Shown here one piece after another: positions 28,262 to 41,674 of a DNA stretch of 64,000 nt (positions are counted from its first letter, which is position 1; every line of letters starts with the position of its first letter). Source of the stretch: Octopus vulgaris (taxonomy: Eukaryota); assembly GCA_951406725.2 (NCBI GenBank), contig OX597823.1, positions 88,226,001 through 88,290,000 of the forward strand, given 5' to 3'. A program made the translations under genes and the position numbers. Below the pieces are notes generated by a model. That model was not told where the DNA came from. It did no database searches and was given only the letters and a program-made list of their open reading frames with translations.

Positions 28262-28478
28262 TCTTTTACTTCTTGTAGTCATTAGACTGCGGCCATGCAG
28301 GGACGACGCCTCGTACAATTATAGTTAAACGAATCATCCCCACAGTACTTATTCTTAGTACCCCTGGTACTTATTCTATTGACATCTTTTTGTCTTTTAT
28401 CGAGCAAGTACCTTACGCTGACATAAAATCACAGCAGCACCGGTTCTCAAGCGGTAGTGGGAGGACAGGCATACAACC
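28262..28478 (-). mobile_element. SINE family B, 3' portion
   Basis: GCATGGCCGCAGTC and GTAAAAGA tail motifs shared with 55050-55432. Confidence 0.6.
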
Positions 28479-28729
28479 ACATATTTATGTACGTGTGTGT
28501 GTCTCTAATTTGTCCGTGTATATACATATATAAGTGCTTGTGTGCGTTTATGTCTGTGTGTGTATGCACGCATACATGTAGATACACAAATATGTGTGTG
28601 AGGCGGTGCATATGTTAAATCAAAGACTGGAATTTATGGTATTATCGATAATTCAGTAGATACAATCAGTTCGTTCAACATGAGCAATCGTGAACATAAA
28701 TATTGATTTTAATATGAATATAACGACTA

Positions 28730-28960
28730 AGGCGGTGAGTTGGCAGAAACGTTAGCACGCTGGACGAAATGCTTTGTGGTATTTCGTCTACCTTTCATCC
28801 TTTCGGGGTCGATAAATTAAGTACCAGTTACGCATTGGGGTCGATGTAATCGACCTCATCCATTTGTCTGTTCTTGTTTGTCCCCTCTGTGTTTAGCCCC
28901 TTGTGAGTAGTAAAGAAATAGGTATTTCTTCTGCCGCTACGTTCTGAGTTCAAATTCCGT
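28730..28960 (+). mobile_element. SINE family A with a partial second unit after the tail
   Basis: Head and tail as in 26227; after GTAAAGAAATA the sequence restarts at GGTATTT..GTTCAAATTCCG. Confidence 0.85.
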
Positions 28961-29368
28961 ATATGATGATAAGTAATTGTGGATTATTAAATAATCTATT
29001 AAAAATACCTATTTATTTGGACAAGAAAACTAACGCCCCAACAAAATATATTTTGTATTCATCATTTAAGTTAAAGAAATGCTATTGGTCATTTGTCTTA
29101 AAAGAAATAGCGTTTCTGTACATTTAGAAAATCAGGTAACGGTAAAATAAATAAATAAATAAAACGAGTGAATGAAGTTAATATGTTATGTATACATTAC
29201 AAGAACAAGTAGTCGATCTCGTATCGAAGACAAAAATTTTAATAAATTTGTATTTGCGGATACAACGCTTGTGTATATGAAAAAAACTATTGGTCCAGCG
29301 TAATTGTAGCTAGTTATTTGATAGTTAATTGAGGACAGTTATTTGAGCTTAGTGAAGTAGGGAATATA

Positions 29369-29444
29369 TTGTCATTAATAGCCGAAGAGAATGTAACATA
29401 GCTGTTCGCTCCAACATTCGAAACTTCAAGTACTATAATGACAA
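29369..29444 (+). ncRNA. Type I hammerhead ribozyme motif (U4C variant)
   Basis: TTGTCATTAATAG-CCGAAGA-GAATGT..ACATTC-GAAA-CTTCAAG-TA-CTATAATGACAA: 12-bp stem I, 6-bp stem II, palindromic stem III, GUA triplet. Confidence 0.85.
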
Positions 29445-29639
29445 ACTTTTATATATATAAATAATCCTCAATCTATCTAATATCGAGGGCTTATTCTTTT
29501 CTTGTTACTTTAATAATAATAATAATTATTATTATTATTAATATTATTATTATATGTGTATGTGTGTATACATACCCTCCCCCCCATATATATATATATA
29601 TATATACATACTCACACATAAGTGTACGCCCATATATAG

Positions 29640-31650
29640 ATACAAAGTGTATAAAAAATAAATAGATATGATGTTTATATAAAAAACTTTAAAATTTAAA
29701 AGGTTTAGAAAAATGAATATATCTAAAAATATTGGGTTTAATAAGTTATAATAGTTAGGTGAAGAATAGTAAGGCAACATAATAATGATAAGTTGGGGGG
29801 GAGTATATATTAAGTATATATTATTTCAGAAGATGGAGGGAGGGATGTATATAATTAGTATTAATTAATAAAGGAGGATGCAAATGGGTATTGGTAATTA
29901 AAATTAGTGATTACTACTATTGAAATTGGATAAAAATAGTATTAGAAAAAAGAAAAGTATATAGAATATACGGGTGTTTCAATATAAGTAAATGAAGTGT
30001 TTTTCCAATGCATATTAATAGAAAGTATATTCCTTTTAATATAGATATAAAGCTATAGCTATGATCTCGAAGTATAATATTATTAATATACTAAGTGGAC
30101 GCTTTAATAAATAGTCGAATTTCTCAATAATGTATTAAATAAATGTAATGCCCGGGTTACGGGTTAAAGTATGCAACTACGGAATTGAGAGAAGTAATTG
30201 GGTTATTGTTAGAAATTTATATTTAGAAAATTCATATTTTCCCACATGTAAACAAGAAAATATTTTCGTCTCTAAGGTTATGTAGGCGGTATTTAGCAGT
30301 AAGAATAAAAGATTTCTCAGTTAAACAAAGAACACATTTTTATTATTAATTTTAGAAGGTGGTGAAGCTATTATATTCCATTGAATATTAAAATTGATAT
30401 TATTATGCTGAAGCTCCCAGATAAATTTACTTAGTCTTATCGAGTTAGATTTATATTTACGTCTAAATGTGTATAGGTGCCTAGAAATAAGCTTTTTCAG
30501 TTTATTTACAGTAATCCCAATATAATAATATTTTTTCTAAAGTTTTAAGGGTGCATATATTACGCTTTTTCTTTCCCATACGTTCTTAAAGAAACAATTA
30601 TTTCTAATCATATAATCAGAATTATTATAAGTATTATTATTTATATATATAATTGATGAGGGAATGTTATTTGTTATTATAGTGTTAGTTCTTAGGGTTC
30701 TGTTGTTATGAGATGCATTCGTATAATTAGCAGGGTTGTTGGAATTAATAGAATGTGTGCTAAGTTCAAGGGAATTAAAGTAGTTATTATTATAGGCGTC
30801 TCTATTTAAGTAGAATTTATCTAGTTTCTTATTGTTTGTGAAAGATATAATAGGCGATAAATTGTGGGTTAAACTATATCCAATATCAATAGTTTTATAT
30901 TATTAACTAGCAGTATCGCCCGGCGTTGCTCGGGTTTGTAAGGGAAATAACTATATAAGCATTTTTAGAGATGTAAAGTATAATAGCCATCTCAATATGG
31001 CTAACCACAAAGGGAGGTGTTACTGTAGCTTTTTACGTTCTGAGATTTAATAATACATTTTTAGAGAGTTACTTCCCTTATATAATAGCAAAAAAATGCA
31101 TTAAAAATGGGAAAAAATTATGGTAATTTTTCTTAAAATCGTAGACTCATCGTAGACGCGCGCTAATACCCAGAAGGGCTCGATATGAATGATGACTATA
31201 AGATACCCGCTGTTGGTTAAACTGCACCGCAAAATGTGGGAGTAGTTAGGAATCTAAATCGTAGGAGACAGACACACAACTTCACTTTTATATATAAAGA
31301 TTATTTCATAATATCTATTATTCATATTAAAATGTTTATTAATAATCGTAAAAACTGATTTAACTAAATTATTTTTGATTTGTATAGCAAATGGGATTAT
31401 TAACCAGATTTTATTATATTTATCTATATAATTATTAATTATAGGTGTATCATTATCTATTTTATATTTATTATATTTATAGGATTTTGTGTTATCTTTA
31501 TGATGTTCATTAAATTAATAAGTTATTTTACTATTATTTAGCTTATTTTTAATATTTAATGTAGTATATGTATTTTTACTCTTTTTATAGTTATTTTTAT
31601 GTTTAACATTGTTAGTATTAGTTATAGTTACCATATTATTATTAACGTTA
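29640..31650 (-). mobile_element. Degenerate Penelope-like element (GIY-YIG), interrupted by a Helitron
   Basis: Minus strand reads KIWLIIPF, KTIDIGYS, SVIY, KYYYIGIT, SKFIWEL..QWNII..CVLCLTEK, homologous to the 15197 ORF. Confidence 0.85.
30907..31300 (-). mobile_element. Non-autonomous Helitron (394 bp)
   Basis: Minus strand 5'-TCTTTATATATAAAAG ... CCCGAGCAACGCCGGG hairpin-CGATACTG-CTAG-3', inserted between A and T with no TSD; splits the PLE coding region. Confidence 0.88.
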
Positions 31651-31745
31651 TTGATATGTAAATATATTATATATATTTATAAATACACAATCAAAAGCTG
31701 AATATAGAGATGTACATTCATACATAGATAAACATTTCACACATA

Positions 31746-33036
31746 CGAGGGACGTTCAGTAAGTAATGCCCCTGACCCACTTGTTGTTGTTTGATCTTGC
31801 TGAAATTTTGCATGTGCAATTATTCATATCTTTATAGATTACGTAGCAAATGACAGCTCTGAACTAATTGTGGTTTCTGATTTACAGGTGTTTGAACTGA
31901 GTCAAGTGTGAAATGGAGGTTGTTGAGTGTCAAGCAGTGATCCGGTTTTTGTATTTGAAAGAACGCACACCACGGGAGACTTTTGATGAAATGAAAGTAA
32001 CTTATGGTGATGATGCCCCATCATATGACCTTGTAAAACGCTGGCATCGTGAATTCAAACATGATCGGAACTTTGTGGAAACAGCTCCCAGATCTGGTCG
32101 CCCCCTTCTGCCATTGATAAGGCATCTGTCCGTCAAGTTGAGGCTGCTATTTTGGAAGATCGACGCATAACTATTCGCTAAATAGCCCATGAGGTCAAGA
32201 TTAGTACCGGGTCTGTGGAAACTATCATTCATGACCATTTGCATATGCAAAAGGTGTCTGCCAGATGGATTCCCAGGCTGCTCACACCTTTCCAGAAGCA
32301 AAAACGCGTCGAGTGCACGAGGATGAATTTGGAGATGTGCCAAGAAGATGAGTCAAAATTTTTCAAAAGACTGATTACACAGGATGAAACCTGGGTCCAT
32401 CACGATGATCCAGAGACCAAAGACCAGTCAATGCAGTGGAAACACCGTGACTCACCTCCTCCAAAGAAGGCAAGGGTGCAGCCCTCCGCTGGCAAGGTCA
32501 TGCTCACAGTCTTCTGGGACGAGGACGGAGTAGAGATGACAGATTTCCTGGCAAAAGGTACCACAATTACAGGAGCCTATTATGCTTCACTTTTGAGGAA
32601 ATTAAGAGAAACTATCAAAATCAAGAGGCGGGACAAGATCAGCAAAGGCATCCTCCTCCTGCAGGACAACGCTCCGGTCCACAACTCGATGGTCGCCAGA
32701 TGAGAAGCACAGGCGTGCGGCTATGAACTCTTCCCCCAAACTCCTACTCTCCTGACCTTGCACCCTCGGATTTTCCCCTCTTCCCAGCCATGAAGTTGTT
32801 TTTGAAAGGAAAGCGTTTCCCCGATGATGCAGCCTTGATTTCTGAAGTCAGGTCGTGGTTGGAGGACCAAGCTGGGGTCTTCTACAAAAACGGTCTCTAG
32901 AGCTGCATCAAACGATGGCAGAAATGTATAACTCTGGATGGTTCCTATGTAAAAGAAGACTAATAACTGTGCCAAGTGGCGTTGCTCTACTGCTTTGGGA
33001 AGTGGGTCAGGGGCATTACTTATTGAATGCCCCTCG
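31746..33036 (+). mobile_element. Mariner (DD34D) full-length copy 1, pseudogenised transposase
   Basis: TIR CGAGGGACGTTCAGTAAGTAATGCCCCTGACC and its inverse, TA TSD. Motifs WIPRLL, QDETW, QDNA and YSPDLAPSD. Contains frameshifts and stops. Confidence 0.95.
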
Positions 33037-33853
33037 TATGTATATGCATGTATTATTATGTATAAAAACAATTCATTATTTAATCGATGTATTACACAGC
33101 GCCTTTTAATTGAGAATTTTTATATACATTTTGCAGAAAGAATATCCACTATTTTCGCCTCCTAGCGTTCATCCGGCTGTTCTACACATGTGATGTATTT
33201 GGCTTTAGTTTTGCCAAAGACTACATAAAAACAAAAAGGATCCTAACTACAGTAAAGTGTGACAAAGGCAAGGAGGGCGAAAGGAGGACGAAAGTCACTG
33301 TTATCATCATCGTATGGCTGTGTTTCAGTGATTACATATGTATTTGTACAATGACCTCCTCTAAAACGTGTCTAAATATTTATCCCCCAAGAATCACATC
33401 AACTGGTTACTATGGCATTAAAAGACAATGTTCCATTATGATTGGCAGTAGCATCGAAGATTCAATATGGAACTACTTGGAAGCAAGTGTTAATTTCTTC
33501 GCGTTACAGCCGTGACGTGTGTCTTAACTGTCTGTGAATTGTTCCAGTGCTGACATTATATTCACTACGAATGCGTCTAGCATAGACCATCCTAGACAAC
33601 TAAAAGATATTAAAACACACACACATATATATATATATACATATAATTACTATTTGATGCGAGGTTCCTGTCAATGTTGATGTTTATGGTACAAATATTA
33701 TGTAGTGTCGGTTCAATGTGGATGTGAATATTGCTAAACTTCAAGACTTCCAATAACATAACGTGTTATTATTCGTCGATAGACAGGAGGCCATTATCTT
33801 TATCCTATTTGAACATTTTAACCGAAACTTGTAATGTTGTAATAACGATGCTG

Positions 33854-33895
<42 letters not shown>

Positions 33896-34102
33896 AAGCT
33901 GCTGCTGATATCGCTGCTACTACTACTATTGCTACTACTAATGATAAAAATGATGATAATAAAGATGATAATAAAAATAACAATAATGATGATGATTATA
34001 ATAATAATACACATAATAAGATACTCATGTGAGTCTATATTTAATGCAGATATATGTACGTCTGTCTTTGTCCCTTATCCTTATCTCTCTCTCTCTCTCT
34101 CT

Positions 34103-34173
<71 letters not shown>

Positions 34174-34553
34174 TGCATACGTCTAAGTAAGTTTATGAGT
34201 GCGTGTATGTATGTATGTATGCATCTCTATACGTATGTATATGCATATAGTGTATATGTATGTGTACGTTTGTTATTCAATGATGTTATCTGCAACATAA
34301 TAACATTGACCTTTCAACATATTTCAAACTCCAAGCTAGAAATACCTGTCTCAAAATATAATTATACATGTGACTGCATCTACATGTGCGTGTTTAAGAG
34401 TATGTGCCTGTCCATATAACTGTATGTATGTATTTATATATGATATATATATATAAATGTAAGTATGTATTTATATATGATATGTATATATAAATGTAAG
34501 TATGTATTTATATATGATATATATATATATATATATATAACATATATAATATC

Positions 34554-34597
<44 letters not shown>

Positions 34598-34894
34598 TAT
34601 ATATATACACACATGCTTATATAGATGCATATGTGTATTAGCATTGTATATGTGTGCATGTGTGCATTTGTATATATGTATACCTCTATATATATATGTG
34701 TGCATATATATGCATGTAATGTTAATTCTTACGAACATCGCTATGCAGAAGGCCACGAGCCTATATACTTTTTTGTACACATACATGTTTATATATATAT
34801 ATATACATATATGTATATATATGTAGTGGTGTGCATTGGAACGTGGTAGTGTAGAAAGTAGTGGCGTATTTTGCCTGGTGATAAGAAATAGTTG

Positions 34895-34932
<38 letters not shown>

Positions 34933-35539
34933 ATATTTGGCTATATACAGTTACGGTTATTCAAACTTTGTAGACCGTATATTTTATTGGAGAAACAGCG
35001 AGCGTATATTTGAAAGCAGAGAAATATAGTTTTAAATGTGTCTAATATAATTTTGTAACGTTGTGAGTTTGACATCAGTGTGTTATTTTGAGACAGGAAA
35101 GATTTCAAACGAATATATATAGATAATCACATCCAGAGACCTAAGTTTACACATGGACGTAAAAGTCTTATTGGTAGATGCATGGTTATCATCTTGTGAT
35201 AGTTGTATATTAGGACACTGTGTGTGTTGTCACAGATGTTTATTTATAAAGAGGATAAATGAAAACCCAACCGTAACATGTTATTCTTGCCTTACCCTTC
35301 TTTTTTTTCAGTTTGTTCAGTTATGGGCCAAAGCTCTCAATATTAACCGACATCCTTTTAATGTGTTTTGTGTTACATTACGAATATTTGAGCAGGGTTG
35401 CAGTGTTACAAAGTAAAAAGTCTAAACTCTGGTTTGATATAAACACACACACACACATATATATATATATGTTTATATGTATGTGTTTACGTATATATAT
35501 ATATTTATATATTTATATATATATTGTTAATTCGAATAA

Positions 35540-35705
35540 AAAAAAACAAAGGAAAATACAAGGAAAAACCAACAACGTGACGACGTGGTACACACACAAA
35601 GTATTTACAGACGCCCAGGGAAGGAAAGAAAAGTACTTTTACGTTTCTAGAAACAGGAGACAGAAGAAAGTCCGAGAGAAAAGGAAGACGGAAAACCCTT
35701 GGACA
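35540..35705 (-). mobile_element. PLE pLTR-like fragment related to 36706-36900, HHR core deleted
   Basis: Similar layout ending ..GGGAAG..AAAGT..TTTTACGTTTC, but the stem II and core segment is missing. Confidence 0.5.
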
Positions 35706-36566
35706 GTGTATACTGCTTAAAGTGTGAAAAAAAAACAACTGGAATCCCTGAATAATTATTGCACACCGTGGGATGAAAATATAACAAACCTGCGCCTATC
35801 TACACTAGTGATCCTAACCCTGGAACATATGTTTTCCGCAGACTATCCCTTGTTTTATTAGTCATTCAGAAAAAACACAGATACACTGTCAGTATTTATA
35901 TCCGTATTTAAGACAATACAACTGCTATAAGTATAGCGGCCAGACACAGTGAATCGCACAACAAAATTTGCGACTCTTTACCAAGTGGAGTGGTATCACT
36001 AGCCAGTAATAGGCACTAACATTGTTTATAACTACTTAATTCTGTGTGCGATCGTATCTGCGCCAAGTCACACGTGCCTGTGATTCTATGTGCATGTGCA
36101 TTTGTAAGAGCGGGTGTACGTGCGACAGACCAGGTATGTGTTGGTACTTGTACTAACTGTTATGCGTAACAGTTATTTCCTTGTATTGTGCATTTGTTTT
36201 TGTTTCTTTGCATCTAATAGATCTTCTACAAGTCTGAAGCTATATATCTTAATTTTCCATCCCTGTATACGAAACCCAAGATGGCAACTTGCGAAACAGC
36301 AATTATTTTTAAATCTTGAAATCACCCAAGGAGACACATCTACAGTGAAGGGTACACCTGTTCCCACCCGCGAGGGAGAGATGCTAGATGAGTGGAAAAG
36401 ATTGTGGTGATTAATAACGATTCTCTTAACTTCCATCTTCCCTCTCATTAATGAAATATATACATAGATACACACACGCATACGCACACACGTATATAGT
36501 TTTACGACCATATTTATACATACAGACATACACATATTCCTATATATATATATATACACATATTCC

Positions 36567-36597
<31 letters not shown>

Positions 36598-36705
36598 GTA
36601 TATATGTATATATATGTATATATGTATATATATATATATGTATGTATATATATATGTATATATGCATGCATGTATGTATGTATGTATGTATGTATGTATG
36701 TATGT

Positions 36706-36900
36706 ATAGAGTGAGAATTTACAAAAAATCAAAAGACGAAGGCGGGTGTGTAAACAACAAACAGATGTATGAGTGTAACGCTCGGGAAGTGAGAAAGTCT
36801 TTTACGTTTCGAGCCTACGCTCTTCAACAGAAAAGAACACAGAAATAATGAGGGAGAGGAAATAAAATAAAAAAGGTATAGTGGCTTGCGATCTATCATG
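36706..36900 (-). mobile_element. Short PLE pLTR-like unit with a minimal HHR
   Basis: Minus strand TCTTTT-CTGTTGAA-GAGC GTAG GCTC-GAAAC-GTA-AAAGA at 36798-36836; flanked by microsatellites. Confidence 0.7.
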
Positions 36901-37358
36901 ACAACACACACACATATATGTATATGTTTGTATGAATGTACGTTCTGTTTGCAATGTAAAATAAACTTTGACCGGACACCTGTTTGGTAACAAGATTGTG
37001 GATGAAAGCTTTCTGTTTTTTTTATCCTCCCTTATATCTTATAAGTTCCAGCAGATTGTTCTAATACTAGATTTAGTTATATTATGCAGTGCATGTATCA
37101 AAGATCTAGGTACGTACGTAAATATGTGTTTATGTATTAATGTTTGTTTTTATGTTCAGTTCTAAAACAATTTACATTAATCAAATATGTTACTCTATAT
37201 CTGTAAAGTACAAAATCATCATTGTTTTAAATGAATCTTGTTGACAGTGACAAATTTTGGTCAGCTAAAGCATTGCCTTTCGACGGCTCAGTTGGCTGAG
37301 ATTCTTGTATAAGAATAATAGATATACATAAACGTACACATATATACATATATATATA

Positions 37359-38638
37359 CGAGGGGCGTTCAATAAGTAATGCTCCTGACCCTCTCGCACT
37401 TGTTTGATCTAGCTGAAATTGTATGTGCAATTATTCATATCCCTATAGATTAAGTGGCAAATTACAGCTCTGAACAAATTGTGGTTTCTGATTTACAGGT
37501 GTTTGAACTGAGTCAAGTGTGAAATGGAGCTTGTTGAGTGTCAAGCAGTGATCCGGTTTTTGTATTTGAAAGGACGCACACCACGGGAGACTTTTGATGA
37601 AATGAAAGTAACTTATGGTGATGATGCCCCATCATATGACCTTGTAAAACGCTGGCATCGTGAATTCAAACATGATCGGAACTTTGTGGAAACAGCTCCC
37701 AGATCTGGTCGCCCCCTTTCTGCCATTGATGAGGTATCTGTCCGTCAAGTTGAGGCTGCTATTTTGGAAGATCTACGCATAACTATTCGCTAAATAGCCC
37801 ATGAGGTCAAGATTAGTACCGGATCTGTGGAAACTATCATTCATGACCATTTGCATATGCAAAAGGTGTCTGCCAGATGGATTCCCAGGTTGCTCACACC
37901 TTTCCAGAAGCAAAAACGCGTCGAGTGCTCGAGGATGAATTTGGAGATGTGCCAAAAAGATGAGTCAAAAGTTTTCAAAAGACTGATTACACAGGAGGAA
38001 ACCTGGGCCCATCATTATGATCCAGAGACCAAATCCCAGTCAATGTCGTGGAAGAACCGTGATTCACCTCCTCCAAAGTAGGCAAGGGTGCAGCCCTCCG
38101 CTGGCAAGGTCATGCTCACAGTCTTCTGGGACCAGAACGGAGTAGTGATGACAGATTTCCTGGCAAAAGGTACCACAACTACAGGAGCCTATTTTGAGGA
38201 AATTAAGAGAAGCTATCAAAATCAAGAGGCGGGGCAAGATCAGCAAAGGCATCCTCCTCCTGCAGGACAACGCACCGGTCCACAACTCGCATGTCGCCAG
38301 ATAAGAAGCGCAGGCGTGCGGCTATGAACTCTTCCCCCATCCCCCCTGCTCTCCTGACCTTGCACCCCCTGATTTTCACCTCTTCCCAGTCATGAAGTTG
38401 TTTTTGAAAGGAAAGCGTTTTCCAGATGATGCAGCCTTGATTTCTGAAGTCACGTCATCGTTGGAGGACCAAGCTGGTGTCTTCTACAAAAACGGTCTCG
38501 AGAGCTGCATCAAACGATGGGAGAAATGCGTAACTCTGGGTATTTTCTATGCAGAAAAAGACTAATAACTGTGCCAAGTTTTGTTGCTCTACTTCTTTGG
38601 GAAGTGGGTCAGGGGCATTACTTATTGAACGCCCCTCG
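37359..38638 (+). mobile_element. Mariner (DD34D) full-length copy 2, pseudogenised
   Basis: Same family as 31746-33036. TIR CGAGGGGCGTTCAATAAGTAATG, TA TSD. Confidence 0.95.
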
Positions 38639-39597
38639 TATATATGTGTATCCTTATATATGCAATCTTATACACACACACACATAATAAAGCTGGACCT
38701 CTTCCTGTCAGGTGTTCCAGATGAACCAACTTCCCGATAGGAGGGGCAGATGAGGGCAGCTGCATAAAACTCTCTCATGCACCAAATGTCAATTGCTAAA
38801 AAGCATTCGTGAAGTAAAATCATATAGCAACACCAAATGGCGGTGTCCTATGAACTGAAACTAGATGAAATGAAATGAAAACAATATATATATATATATA
38901 TCTGTGTGTGTTTATGTACATGTACGTATTTATCTACACACATGCACAAACATGCATTCATGATGCATTGATATATATTCATACAGAGGTCATACGTTCG
39001 AAATCTTTTCCCATCTATCTTACCACAAGATAAAGTTATACCCGCGTGATTTTATTCCATATATCATTTCGAACATACTTCAGATACATTCATTCTGTCT
39101 GTTATTTCATATTGAATAATAATCACTTTCTTAATTTGTATATATTCCCATCCGTCTACCTATATTTACATTTCTGTATATGTCTCACTCATTCAAATGT
39201 CAACAATATTTACATTCGTCCAGATTCGATGAAATAACCAATGGTGATAATGTAATATATGTGTCAATTTGCAATACTTTTTCGATAAAAAAATACGCTT
39301 TGTTTCTTTTTTCTTTGTGATCGGATAAAGCAATGTCAGTTTATTATATATTTCATCAATAACATCAATATCATTTGCATGCGTGATAATGTGTCTATGT
39401 ATATATCAGATTTTCCAAAGTATTTTTATCATACAAGAGAATCTACTATATCTTTTTACAGTATTGTTAGCTGCTTACTGAAAATGCTCTGTCTATGGCA
39501 AATACAATATACTGAGAATAAAAATACTTGATTTATGAAACGATAAAAAACACTCTTTCATATGTTTCAGATATTATTTGCGCATTGATTAGTCTTT

Positions 39598-39642
<45 letters not shown>

Positions 39643-39912
39643 TATACATATGTATATAGACATTTATAGATTGTATACACACACAAATACACACACATAC
39701 ACAAACAACCGCACCCATACATACACACATACACATATGTATATATATATATATATGCGCGCGTGTGTGTGTATACATATTTATGTATATATATATATAT
39801 ATATAAAATTCTTTTGAAGTAAGATATTAAGTAAAATGGAATTGTAAAAATGCATGAAGTGTTGGTTATCAAAAATATCACTTTTGTGCGGTATTTGTTT
39901 CAGCAGAGATTT

Positions 39913-39964
<52 letters not shown>

Positions 39965-41497
39965 TAAATGTTCGTTTATGAGAAATTTATAATCCACAGT
40001 ATAGCGATTGTATAGGTTGTTTTGACTTCTGTAGATACTTATTTATTTCAACATTGCATCATAATATCCATTCATGTTATTAATCGTTGCTTAAAGCAAA
40101 AGTGTTATTCTAAGTGAAATGCTTTTAAAAAGTTTTCAATATTGCTTTCAATAAATTTTTAAAATCATACAATATTTCTTCCTCATTGCAACCAATAGTA
40201 ACCAAAATAAAGTGCCTATAGACAAGCAAAAAAATACTTCAATCACAATTTGAGTCATCGTCTGTGACACCTATTCCTTAATGCAATTCTCTGGTTCTAA
40301 ACATTTTGAAATCACTTTAGTAGAATATTTATATTTTAATATAGATTGTTGTTGTCGGTAAATCGAACGCAATATTTCAAACTGACTTACCTGAACAAAT
40401 ATGTCTGTGTCACGAATGAAATTATGGGTTTTAAAACTTACCTGAAATAAATAAAAGAAAAGAAAAATTGAATAAAATGCAGCAAAAGAAGTCTTTTAAT
40501 AAGGAATATAAAAATTATCGTTTTTGTATACATATATCACATTTCAAAAACTGGCAGGAGAGATATATGAGTCCGTGTCGATATGCGTAGACGTAAATAC
40601 ACTTCTGTTTGTAAGTTTATAACTCAATTGCATCTACGAAAATCAATATAAATATATATATACATACATGTGTGTGTGTGTGTTTGTGTGTGTGTGAGTG
40701 TGTGTGTTTATCAGAATGATGAAGATGCCTCTGAATGGTTAGTTGGTTGATCTGGTATCATCGTTAGTAGTTCATTCAGTGCTCTTTTTTTAACAGTGGT
40801 GCATCAACATGGCCGTAGCTCTGAGCTGACACTACAGCATATATATATATGGTAGAAAATATAAGGCAAATTTACGGCGGTTATTCAAAATCACATCTTA
40901 CTTCACTTGTGTCTTCCAAAACCTTATTTACATAATCAGATACTTGGGATCTCATCGAAACTAAATTGGTTCTATAGGAATGTCGATCAGACAGAGATGT
41001 ACAACCCACAAACAACAAATATCTTCCCCATAAAATCACCAAACATAACTTAGTCAACGCATTGACAAACGTGCTCAACGATTATAAACAAAATTCGTAA
41101 TTTTCCCAATTCATCAACCTGACTTTTGGACCTCAACACAAGTCAGACGAATAATGAATCCTCAATTATTCAAAAATATAAACCAGAATTTAATATTAAC
41201 TGATACTAAAGATAAAAAAAAACTTACTCCTTCTATTATAAGTTATAGGCCAGAATAAAATACAAACCAAAAATTAAAATTCCAGATTTACCTCCTCTTT
41301 ACTGTAAAATAAATGAGTCAACAATTGTCTGTCCTAGTTATATATCTTCCCCCTAGCAATATATCTATTTTCAACCCTTGCTTGATGTGGAATGCGAAAT
41401 TTATTTAGTATAGTCACAAAAATGTCTCATAATATACAATCCTCCATCATCATGTGCACTTTTCATCGTCGACATAGATATACCCAACATTAATTCA

Positions 41498-41536
<39 letters not shown>

Positions 41537-41674
41537 TTAAATATACATATATGTATATATACACACACGTATATAGATATAGATAATTCACCAAATTGTT
41601 TATATTACAACAGCAAGCAACCTAACATAAATATATATTTAACACAAGTTTGTATAGGTATAGAGAGACAATTT

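Noticed and set aside
33731-34186. Poly-Leu signal-peptide-like ORF
   Set aside because: Encoded by (CTA)n/(ATG)n/(TA)n microsatellites.
34420-34525. Three units of about 38 bp in tandem
   Set aside because: AT-rich minisatellite derived from microsatellite; no unique spacers.
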